The notes under the pieces: model-generated
Told to the model about the DNA's origin: nothing
Databases searched by the model: none
What the model saw: only the letters and a program-made list of their open reading frames with translations
Program-made: the position numbers and the translations under genes
Shown: one piece after another, positions 12,759-20,586 of the stretch
Position numbering within the stretch: position 1 is the first letter of the stretch
How the letters are laid out: each line of letters starts with the position of its first letter
DNA from: Candidatus Tremblayella phenacoccinincola
GTDB lineage: Bacteria > Pseudomonadota > Gammaproteobacteria > Burkholderiales > Burkholderiaceae
NCBI RefSeq assembly: GCF_009805595.3
Contig: NZ_VMQO03000002.1
Coordinates: 1-32,000 of the forward strand
Direction of reading: 5' to 3'
DNA length: 32,000 nucleotides

Positions 12759-13835
12759 ATGAGAAGTAGAACGTTCGAATGCATTGACCCATCAACCTTA
12801 AAAGAAAAGCTTAGAGTAAACATAAGAACCGTAAACTTCATTAAAAATGTGAGGGGTTCTGTTAAAAGAATTGTAAATGGCACCGATAACAGACTAATAG
12901 TAATAATAGGTCCATGTTCAATTCATGATATAGAATCTACAATGGATTACTGCTATAGGCTTTCAAAGATAAGAACTCAATTACAGCAAGACCTTGAAGT
13001 TATTATGAGGGCATTTCTTGAAAAGCCTAGAACGTCTGTAGGTTGGAAAGGTTTGCTAAATGATCCATATTTAGATGGGAGTTCTGCTATCGACAATGGC
13101 TTAGAAGCTTCAAGAAAGCTATATCTTCAAATTAACAAAGCTAATGTGCCAATAGGTGCTGAGTGTTTGAATCCAATAGCTGTGTGGTTTATTCATGACC
13201 TGATAGCCTGGGGTGCTATTGGAGCTCGTACTACTGAATCTCAGGTCCATAGAGAAATAGCTTCAGGTTTACCTTTTACTGTTGGTTTTAAAAATAATAC
13301 AGAAGGAGCTATCTCAACTGCTATCAATTCGATAACAGCAGCTGCAAACCCACACTACTTTCTTTCCGTTAATAAAGTTGGTAAAGCATCGATCATTGCA
13401 ACCGATGGGAACAGCAGCTGTCACTTGATTCTAAGAGGTGGGCATAAGGTGACTAACTATGATTCTCAAAGTGTCAGAAACGCTAGTACATATTTAAAGC
13501 AAACAGGCCTAAAGAACAAAGTATTAATAGATGTTAGTCATGCTAACAGTAAGTCGAACCATGTTGAACAGGCAAGAGTGTGCAAAGAAATAATAAAGCA
13601 AATAAGCAATGGTGAAAGAAGACTCTTGGGAATTATGATGGAGTCTTACTTAACGGAAGGAAAGCAAACGAACGATAGCGATAGCGATAGCGTATGTGAA
13701 TGTGGATGTGGATGTGGATGTAAAGCTAGATATGGTAAAAGTATTACTGACGCATGTATTGGATGGGTTGATAGTGTTGATATGTTTAAAGAGTTAGCAT
13801 CTGCGATTAGAATTAGACGTAAGGTTTCACGTTAA
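12759..13835 (+). CDS. aroG: 3-deoxy-7-phosphoheptulonate (DAHP) synthase, class I alpha (AroG/AroF/AroH type)
   Basis: 358 aa with LIVIIGPCSIHD, EKPRTSVGWKGLLNDP, WGAIGARTTESQVHREIASGL, GFKNNTEG, ILRGG and YGKSITDACIGW. It is colinear with E. coli AroG except for a low-complexity insertion at codons ~305-321. Confidence 0.93.
   Translation: MRSRTFECIDPSTLKEKLRVNIRTVNFIKNVRGSVKRIVNGTDNRLIVIIGPCSIHDIESTMDYCYRLSKIRTQLQQDLEVIMRAFLEKPRTSVGWKGLLNDPYLDGSSAIDNGLEASRKLYLQINKANVPIGAECLNPIAVWFIHDLIAWGAIGARTTESQVHREIASGLPFTVGFKNNTEGAISTAINSITAAANPHYFLSVNKVGKASIIATDGNSSCHLILRGGHKVTNYDSQSVRNASTYLKQTGLKNKVLIDVSHANSKSNHVEQARVCKEIIKQISNGERRLLGIMMESYLTEGKQTNDSDSDSVCECGCGCGCKARYGKSITDACIGWVDSVDMFKELASAIRIRRKVSR
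13674..13721 (+). repeat. In-frame coding microsatellites (GATAGC)3 and (TGTGRA)4 inside aroG, encoding DSDSDS-V-CECGCGCGC
   Basis: Read directly: gatagcgatagcgatagc gta tgtgaatgtggatgtggatgtggatgt. Confidence 0.9.
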
Positions 13836-14731
13836 GATATTTTTAATGAGGAACGTGCCATAACTTCAGAAGCTACAACATGAATTCCTATTTGGTGAGA
13901 TATCTTTTTATATATTTTAAATATGTTAGGATGTAAATACTTGTTTGGTGTAGGCTTATGCTGAGAGGATTTAAGGAGCTGTCCGAGAGTTAAATAACTT
14001 ATTCCACAGCTTCTAAGGTCACAAACAGTGATCAAAACTTCTCCTACAGCTTCTCCAAAACCTAATATAATACCAGACTTAGGCTTGGAGCGTTGGTTGA
14101 GTTTATTGAACTGACCTAGCAGCAAAACTGAATTTAAGTATTCGGCACCAAGCTTAACATTAGTATACAGCCTAGGAATCGTTTCTATGTTATGATTAAT
14201 AATGTTGGGTAACCTTCCCTTAAATCCATTACACACAGACTTAAGCTTACTTTTGAAATCAGGAACTAACAACTCAGTGGTTAATTTAGGATAATTTCTT
14301 TTAAGTTCAATTACACACCTAATAAACTGCTCAACTCCTCCATCTGATAAGTCATCTCTATTAACACTAGTCATTACAATATGGGTTAAATGTAAGCTTC
14401 TTAGAGATCTGATAATATAGAAAGGCTCTAGTGGACTTATGAATAATAAACGATCTTTGTGGACACTACAGAATGAACAGCTTCTGGTGCAGCTAGCACC
14501 CATAACTATAAAAGCAGCGGACTTACTTTTAAAGCATTTATGAATATTTGGGCAGTTCGCATCCTGACACACCGTCCTAGCTTTACTGGTTCCTAATATT
14601 ACTTTTGTTTCATTGTAGTGTTTACGTTTGGCACCTAAACTGATTCTTGCCCAACATGGTTTCCTATTTAAGTATAAATATGTGTACATCATTTGTAGTT
14701 CTTGATTTGGTTTAACAACGGAGTACCACAT
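13832..14731 (-). CDS. lipA: Lipoyl synthase
   Basis: 299 aa. It has the radical-SAM and auxiliary cluster motifs CQDANCPNIHKCF and CTRSCSFCSV, then ..VMTSVNRDDLSDGG.., ..NHNIETIPRLY.. and ..KSGIILGFGE... The start is uncertain because alternative Met codons lie 13-14 codons in. Confidence 0.88.
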   Translation of the reverse strand: MWYSVVKPNQELQMMYTYLYLNRKPCWARISLGAKRKHYNETKVILGTSKARTVCQDANCPNIHKCFKSKSAAFIVMGASCTRSCSFCSVHKDRLLFISPLEPFYIIRSLRSLHLTHIVMTSVNRDDLSDGGVEQFIRCVIELKRNYPKLTTELLVPDFKSKLKSVCNGFKGRLPNIINHNIETIPRLYTNVKLGAEYLNSVLLLGQFNKLNQRSKPKSGIILGFGEAVGEVLITVCDLRSCGISYLTLGQLLKSSQHKPTPNKYLHPNIFKIYKKISHQIGIHVVASEVMARSSLKIS

Positions 14732-14888
14732 TCAAATGTCCAACAGTTGAAGCCTTGCAGTAAACCCTTTTAACAACTGCATTCTTGTTGGGTTCTTAGC
14801 TCCTAACTCAATGACTGCTTCTCATTTCTCAAAAAGTAAGAACATCTCAGACCCATCTAACGCTTCAAGATATAAGAACCCTAAATGA

Positions 14889-17135
14889 CTAAACGCTTGG
14901 CTCTTGCAGTCTTGCTATTTTGGCAGCTTTCACCATATTAGATAACGAACTGTCAACTTGAGACCACGTTCTGGTTTTCAAACCACAATCTGGATTCACC
15001 CAAACTCTTTCCTTGGAAATACTTGTTGTGATATATTTGATCCTAAGTAAAACTTCTTCAACGCTAGGAATCATAGGTGAGTGTATGTCATATACGCCAG
15101 GTCCAATTTCATTAGTAAAACCACATTCTTTGAACGGCTCCAACAGAACCATGTTTGAACGTGCTGCTTCAATTGAAATTACATCCGTATCCAACTTTAC
15201 TAGCGTATCTACTATTTCTCCAAACTCTGAATAGCATAAATGGGTATGTATTTGTGTTGATGCTGATACTCCAGATGAAACTATATGAAAGGCTTTAACA
15301 GACCAACTTAAATATTGGTTCCAATTCTCATACAACAACGGTAAACCTTCTCTTATTGCAGGCTCGTCAATCTGAACAATTCTTGTGCCATGGTTCTCTA
15401 GTAGGTTTACTTCTTTTCTTAGAACAGAAGCTATTTGCAGAGACATCTCTTGTATTGTTTGGGTTTTCCTTAGGAAAGACCAATTTAGGATAGTCATTGG
15501 GCCTGTTACCATACCTTTTACTGGTTTGTTGGTTAAGCCTTGTGCGTACCTCGTCCAGTAAACAGTGATTGGTCTAATGAATGATAGGTCCTTAAAAACT
15601 ATTGGAGGCTTAGTGCACCTTGACCCAAAGCTTTGAATCCAACCGTTTTCAGTTATCATAAACCCTTCAACTAACTCTCCAAAATACTCAACCATATCAT
15701 TTCGCTCAACCTCTCCATGGACAAAAACATCTAAACCATAAACTGCCTGCTTCTTTATTATGAAGCTGACTTCGGTTTTTAGGGTTGTTATGTATTCTTT
15801 TTGGGTTAGGTTCCCTTTCTTAAATTGAGAACGTATCTTTCTAATGTGTTCAGTTTGTGGGAATGAACCTACTGTGGTTGTTGGGAATATTAGGTGTTTG
15901 CTAATGTTCTTCTGTAATTTTATACGATCCAAATAACTCAGCCTCTTGAAGCAACATTCGTTTTCTAATTCCTCAGTGTAAAAGCCAACTCTGGGATTGA
16001 AGTGGGTTTCTTTTACTAAGACCGAAGTTGCAATGTTTGAATTCTGGTTCGTTAAGTGCTCTTTGATGGCAACGGCTTCTTGTATTTTCTGGACTCCAAA
16101 AGATAGCTTACGCTTGAGGCTTTCACTAATCCTTCCTTCTGTTGAAAGATCACATGGGACATGCAATAAAGGACAGCTAGTAGAAACCCACAGCTCACTT
16201 CTTATTTTACTACGAAGCCTTTCAACCCTATGAATGGAACGCTTAAGGTCATTCTTCCAGACGTCTCTACCGCTGACAATGCCTACCGATAATACTTTAT
16301 CTGATGGATAAGACTCTAACAGATTAATTGAAACATTATTGGTAATATCAAAGTGGAACCCATCTACTGGTAAAGACTTGAGGAATGAATACATCTCATT
16401 TGGGAATGCGTAATAGGAAGTAAAAAGTATTCTAGGAGAACAAGAAGACAGTTGTTCATATGTTGTGCTTAAAGCTCTACGCCAAATAGCTGGTAGATTG
16501 AAGGAAGCTATTGGTTCTTCAAGTTGAACCCACTCAACTCCTTTAAACTTAATGTTCATCAGTACCCTTTTGTATGCCTCTAACAACCTTGGAAGCACTT
16601 CAATTCTGTTAACTAAGCCTCCGTATTCTTTACCAAGCCACAAGAGTGAAGCTGGACCTAACATACATACTTTGATTGGATGTTGAAGTGTTTTTGCCAA
16701 TTCTATTTCTTCTAACAACCAAGGAAACTCTGCGTGGAACTCCATTCCGGAAGTGTATTCCGGAACTAAATAATGGTAGTTAGTGTTAAACCATTTCTTC
16801 AAGTCCATAGCTCTAAAGTTACTGTTTCCTCGAGCAGCATCAAAGTAATTATCAATGGAAGGGCTTTTAACATTGAAACCATATCTTTTTGGAAGACCCC
16901 CTAAACCACACAAAGTACTTAAAACATGATCATAAAAAGAAAAATCACCTACAGTTAGAAAGTCTAAGCGTAACAGCTTTTGCATTTTCCAGGTTTTGAG
17001 ACATATTTCCTTTCTTGTTTTAAAAAGCAGTTCTTTGGTTTCTGGAGTTCTGTGGTTCCAATATGATTCTAGGGTAAACTTAAGCTCTCGGTTAAAACCA
17101 ATTCTTGGAAAGCCTAGTAAATGGGCAGTAACCAT
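14889..17135 (-). CDS. metE: Cobalamin-independent methionine synthase
   Basis: 748 aa, colinear with E. coli MetE: N-terminal HLLGFPRIGFNRELK; TTTVGSFPQT; HGEVERNDMVEYFGE; IQIHTHLCYSEF; VWVNPDCGLKTR. Confidence 0.96.
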   Translation of the reverse strand: MVTAHLLGFPRIGFNRELKFTLESYWNHRTPETKELLFKTRKEICLKTWKMQKLLRLDFLTVGDFSFYDHVLSTLCGLGGLPKRYGFNVKSPSIDNYFDAARGNSNFRAMDLKKWFNTNYHYLVPEYTSGMEFHAEFPWLLEEIELAKTLQHPIKVCMLGPASLLWLGKEYGGLVNRIEVLPRLLEAYKRVLMNIKFKGVEWVQLEEPIASFNLPAIWRRALSTTYEQLSSCSPRILFTSYYAFPNEMYSFLKSLPVDGFHFDITNNVSINLLESYPSDKVLSVGIVSGRDVWKNDLKRSIHRVERLRSKIRSELWVSTSCPLLHVPCDLSTEGRISESLKRKLSFGVQKIQEAVAIKEHLTNQNSNIATSVLVKETHFNPRVGFYTEELENECCFKRLSYLDRIKLQKNISKHLIFPTTTVGSFPQTEHIRKIRSQFKKGNLTQKEYITTLKTEVSFIIKKQAVYGLDVFVHGEVERNDMVEYFGELVEGFMITENGWIQSFGSRCTKPPIVFKDLSFIRPITVYWTRYAQGLTNKPVKGMVTGPMTILNWSFLRKTQTIQEMSLQIASVLRKEVNLLENHGTRIVQIDEPAIREGLPLLYENWNQYLSWSVKAFHIVSSGVSASTQIHTHLCYSEFGEIVDTLVKLDTDVISIEAARSNMVLLEPFKECGFTNEIGPGVYDIHSPMIPSVEEVLLRIKYITTSISKERVWVNPDCGLKTRTWSQVDSSLSNMVKAAKIARLQEPSV

Positions 17136-17143
17136 AGATTATA

Positions 17144-17152
17144 CCCCCCTTT
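17144..17152 (-). promoter_or_regulatory. Shine-Dalgarno-like AAAGGGGGG upstream of metE
   Basis: The minus strand reads ...CCTAAAGGGGGGTATAATCT-ATG, with the G-run ending 8 nt before the metE ATG. It is near-complementary to the 16S tail (UAAAGGAGG expected). Confidence 0.5.
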
Positions 17153-17413
17153 AGGTTGGTGCTCTCCTCCCCTTAAACTAACTAACAAACCTGGTTCTTT
17201 GCTATGAGTTTACTAGCCTGGGTAGTGGAGTTAGTAACTATTATTTATTAAGCCTATCGATGTAAAATATTAGCCAAGCTTGCGGAAGTAGGAGTAGTTC
17301 TCTTTATAGGCTAATCATTGTTGTTACCATTCCCATCTGAACAGCTAAACTACTAAGAAGAAGTCCACAAAAGAGATGCCTCTTTGGAACTACAGCATAA
17401 TACATACCACTAC

Positions 17414-17551
17414 CTAACAGCATGCTACATTGGTTCTCCCTTTTAGTCTTCTTGCGTTGATAGTTTTACGTCCGTTCTTAGTCTTCATTCGAATACGGAA
17501 CCCATGTTTTCTTTTGCGTCTGGCTTTTGAAGGCTGATAAGTTCTCTTCAT
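17414..17551 (-). CDS. rpmH: 50S ribosomal protein L34
   Basis: Too short for the ORF track. Minus-strand translation gives [45 protein letters not shown] (45 aa), matching L34 (E. coli [39 protein letters not shown]..). AAGGG lies 6 nt upstream, and a lone TATAAT (reverse complement of 17579..17584) lies 28 nt upstream. Confidence 0.9.
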   Translation of the reverse strand: MKRTYQPSKARRKRKHGFRIRMKTKNGRKTINARRLKGRTNVACC

Positions 17552-17663
17552 ACAAACCCTTGCGTCTGTCTTTGGTTAATTATAAGCTATGCAGCTGGTG
17601 CGTTAATGAAGCAACTAGACTAGAAGCCAATGAGAATCAGACAGAATAAAGCTCTAACCTAAA

Positions 17664-18785
17664 CTAATTCTTAGACATCACTAGCACATGTCTATATGTA
17701 TTTTGATGAACCAACATAATACTTTTACTGTTGTCTTCAACTAAAAGATTTACCAACAGAAAGCCTATGTTAGTGAGTAACTCTATGATGTAATTGATGT
17801 TGATACTAACTTCTGAGCTGTGCAGATGTTTGTTGTAGTTTCGGATCGGGACTACTTCTTCTAGCTTTTCAGCTGTTAAGTTAGTGGCTCTTATTGCTAA
17901 ACGACCGGCTTTGAGACTAAGGTTAACAGTTTTAAGATCACCTGTTATGAGTACTAAGAGGCGGTTTAATGCTGTTACTAAAAGAAGTCTCTCTACCTCT
18001 AAATAAAATAGATATTCCTTCTTCAGTATGTATTTGACATTTGGATGACTGCCTATTACCTGCTTGCATATGATTTCTGAGTTTGAAGCTGTGTATCTAA
18101 GGTAGTTCCTGCTAATATATAGCTTTGAAAGATGGTTGGTATATTCTAAAAGCTTGTATATTTCTGACAAAGAACTTCTGGTCATTACAGCAGTTACCGA
18201 ACTGTTGCTATATATTCTTAGGGTTGCACTAGCATAAGACATTCTGCGACCGTCTAATGTGAAACAGTTTAGCCTACCATTTCTGAAATATACACAGATA
18301 TTATTAAAATGAGAAAACAGCTCGTGTTTAGCAATAGAGAAAAAAGTAACCTTCAACAATTGTTTTAGAATCTTTTGATTTACGATAAGGACAATGCATT
18401 CTTCAGACACACCATAAAATAATGGAAACTTGGAAACACTCAATGTTTTAACATGAAAACTAGTGCTTTCAGTAAAGATGGCTAAGTGAGTTTTGTTGTA
18501 AACGAAGGATATTGTCTCAGATAGTGTTAACTTTAGCATATTAGTTAGGTTTTTGATGTGGACTAAGAAAGGAGCTGCTAATGAAAGACTATGGCTGTGT
18601 TTGACGCTAGATTGGATTTGAACTTCACCGTTACTAGAAACTAAGTAAACACGCCTTTTGTTTTCTGTTATCAAAAAGCTGTTGAATATGTCTGTTTGTT
18701 TTAGGTTCGTGATTTCACTAACTGTCTGAATACAATTGAGAACTGAACTCCTGCTTGCTCTGAAGAAAGGCTCTATGTTTTCCAT
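17664..18785 (-). CDS. dnaN: DNA polymerase III beta sliding clamp, highly divergent
   Basis: 373 aa against 366 in E. coli. Colinear landmarks are the N-terminal ..FFRASRSSVLNCIQTVS.. (E. coli FTVEREHLLKPLQQVS), ..LSVSKFPLF.., ..CFTLDGRRMSYAS.. (ATDGHRLA), ..ININYIIELL.. (FNVSYVLDVL) and the C-terminal ..HVLVMSKN (YVVMPMRL). The match was judged by eye only. Confidence 0.72.
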   Translation of the reverse strand: MENIEPFFRASRSSVLNCIQTVSEITNLKQTDIFNSFLITENKRRVYLVSSNGEVQIQSSVKHSHSLSLAAPFLVHIKNLTNMLKLTLSETISFVYNKTHLAIFTESTSFHVKTLSVSKFPLFYGVSEECIVLIVNQKILKQLLKVTFFSIAKHELFSHFNNICVYFRNGRLNCFTLDGRRMSYASATLRIYSNSSVTAVMTRSSLSEIYKLLEYTNHLSKLYISRNYLRYTASNSEIICKQVIGSHPNVKYILKKEYLFYLEVERLLLVTALNRLLVLITGDLKTVNLSLKAGRLAIRATNLTAEKLEEVVPIRNYNKHLHSSEVSININYIIELLTNIGFLLVNLLVEDNSKSIMLVHQNTYRHVLVMSKN

Positions 18786-18914
18786 TCTGTTTTAGATTTA
18801 GAGTTAACAATGAACATAACCATTTCCCCCCTTTGGGTCGGTATCAGCTGTATATCAGTTGGTTTGGTGTTAACATTTCGAACAAAAGCTAGAATGTGGC
18901 AGCTTCAATAATAC

Positions 18915-20393
18915 ATGTCGGTACAATGTAGGGCCTCCGTAGCTATGAATTCAATATACACAAAGAACATGAACAGCTTAAATAAGCTAGGTGAAATGAT
19001 GCTATTGAAAATGCTTGAGAAAAGCTTGAGAAGTCTTTCACTATTGTTTTTCTCAACCCCCAGCTCTATACTATATATTTTAAATACAGCCGTTAAACTC
19101 TCAAAACCAAATGAATTATTTTACAAATTCAACCTTACGGATTTAAGAAGGCTAGAACCAAACTTAGTCTATGAAAGCTTGCCAAAAGCCAAACTCCAAT
19201 ATAATGATTCCTTTAAAACCAAGTGTAAGCTTAGCAATACTATAAAACATTTATCACTGAAGCAGTTATACAATACAGGTAAGCTATTCCATCATCTGAT
19301 GCTTGTTTTAAGACATCAAGGTTTCAAAACAAAAGCTTATCATACGCTCTTAGATAAAATACGAATGAAGCTCCTTACTTTTAGGTTTATCCCTGAGGCA
19401 ACTGAGTTACTTTTCAATCTGGTCTGCTCTGAATTTAATGAGTTCTCCAATGTTGAAACTAAACTGATTGGCTCATTGAAAACAAACCCAAACACAGGCT
19501 CTTCCTATGATGTTACAAAGGAGATCTGTAGAATAGGAATCAAACATATGGCGTTTATAGAAGGTGAAGGCCTGCTAAAACTCCAAAGTAATGCTGGAAT
19601 GTATATAGATAAATACAAGCTGTTAAAAGCTAGGACATACCAAACAGTCACAAGAATTAAAAGCATCAGGACCAGAGTCGTTAAACTAAATCTAAGGCTA
19701 GTTAACTCAATAATTAAAAGATATATCTCAAACGGCCTATTCCAGCATGGTCTGAGCAATTATGATTTGGTTCAGGAAGGTAATGTTGGACTAATGAAAG
19801 CAATTAGAAGCTTTGATGACAAAAGAGGTTGTAAGTTTTCAACATACGCTACTTGGTGGATAAGACAAACTATTACCAGGTCAGCTTTAGACCAATCAAG
19901 AATGATTCGACTCCCTGAAAGCTTAATAGATATGATTAACAGAATTAACCGCTCGGTTAGAAGCTATGTGAAGGTAAAAGGTTACGAACCATCCTTAGAA
20001 CAGCTTACACACGAACTGAGAACAACAAAAGAGAAGCTTACCAAAACCATTCAAACAGCAAAGGAACCAGCTTTAACAGAAGCGTTAGTTGCTAATGAAG
20101 ACTTTCATTTGGAAGACTTAGCCGATAGTTCTAATGTATGTTCGCCAATGGAATTTGTTACCAGATCAGACACATACCTTAGCATTGAAAGAGCTCTTAG
20201 TTCTTTAAACGTTAGAGAAGCAAAGATTTTAAGAATGCGGTTTGGTATTGGAATGGTTTCTGGACACACTTTAGAAGAGATAGGCAGGCAGCTTGAAGTT
20301 ACAAGAGAGCGAGTTAGACAGATTGAAGCAAAGGCATTAAGAAAACTACGACAGCCCAACAGGTTTAGGAAGTTAAAGCCGCTGTTGGAATAA
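18915..20393 (+). CDS. rpoD: RNA polymerase primary sigma factor (sigma-70 family)
   Basis: Regions 2-4 are unmistakable: LVQEGNVGLMKAIRSFDDKRGCKFSTYATWWIRQTITRS, IRLPESLIDMINRINR, EAKILRMRFGIG and TLEEIGRQLEVTRERVRQIEAKALRKLRQP. I could not recognise the N-terminal ~200 aa by eye, so the true start is uncertain. Confidence 0.9.
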   Translation: MSVQCRASVAMNSIYTKNMNSLNKLGEMMLLKMLEKSLRSLSLLFFSTPSSILYILNTAVKLSKPNELFYKFNLTDLRRLEPNLVYESLPKAKLQYNDSFKTKCKLSNTIKHLSLKQLYNTGKLFHHLMLVLRHQGFKTKAYHTLLDKIRMKLLTFRFIPEATELLFNLVCSEFNEFSNVETKLIGSLKTNPNTGSSYDVTKEICRIGIKHMAFIEGEGLLKLQSNAGMYIDKYKLLKARTYQTVTRIKSIRTRVVKLNLRLVNSIIKRYISNGLFQHGLSNYDLVQEGNVGLMKAIRSFDDKRGCKFSTYATWWIRQTITRSALDQSRMIRLPESLIDMINRINRSVRSYVKVKGYEPSLEQLTHELRTTKEKLTKTIQTAKEPALTEALVANEDFHLEDLADSSNVCSPMEFVTRSDTYLSIERALSSLNVREAKILRMRFGIGMVSGHTLEEIGRQLEVTRERVRQIEAKALRKLRQPNRFRKLKPLLE

Positions 20394-20465
20394 GTCGTCT
20401 GCTTATCACTGTTTGGATTGGTGAACCTGTATTGCTTTTACATATGTATTGTTTTGTTGGATTTG

Positions 20466-20537
20466 GTCTTCTTCGTCTAGTGGTCAGGACATCGCTCTTT
20501 CAAGGCGGAAACAGGAGTTCAATTCTCCTAGGAGACG
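20466..20537 (+). tRNA. tRNA-Glu (anticodon UUC)
   Basis: GTCTTCTTCGTCTAGTGGTCAGGACATCGCTCTTTCAAGGCGGAAACAGGAGTTCAATTCTCCTAGGAGACG is colinear with E. coli tRNA-Glu and folds as a cloverleaf. No CCA is encoded. It lies inside the spurious 5' extension of the 20449 ORF. Confidence 0.92.
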
Positions 20538-20586
20538 GTTAACACACAGGGTTGTTGTTAGAACCCAAAGAACTATCTGTATTCTA

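Noticed and set aside
17138-17143. Perfect TATAAT on the minus strand immediately upstream of metE, considered as a promoter -10 box.
   Set aside because: It ends 2 nt before the ATG, so transcription would start inside the gene. It is more plausibly just the AT-rich spacer between the G-rich SD and the start codon.
17304-17405. 33-codon hydrophobic ORF (MYYAVVPKRHLFCGLLLSSLAVQMGMVTTMISL) 8 nt downstream of rpmH, considered as an rnpA or yidD remnant.
   Set aside because: I could see no resemblance to RnpA or YidD, and there is no SD. It is left uncalled and mentioned only for follow-up.
20449-20586. N-terminal 46 codons of the 513-aa ORF (MFCWIWSSSSSGQDIALSRRKQEF...).
   Set aside because: This stretch is the translation of the tRNA-Glu gene (20466..20537). 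The TilS homology starts only after the ATG at 20587, so the extension is not coding.
20394-20586. Looked for a mobile-element signature at the compositional seam (integrase, transposase, inverted terminal repeats, or a duplicated tRNA 3' end as an att site).
   Set aside because: No such ORF or repeat is visible. tRNA-Glu is complete and unduplicated, so there is no evidence for a recent island-type insertion.
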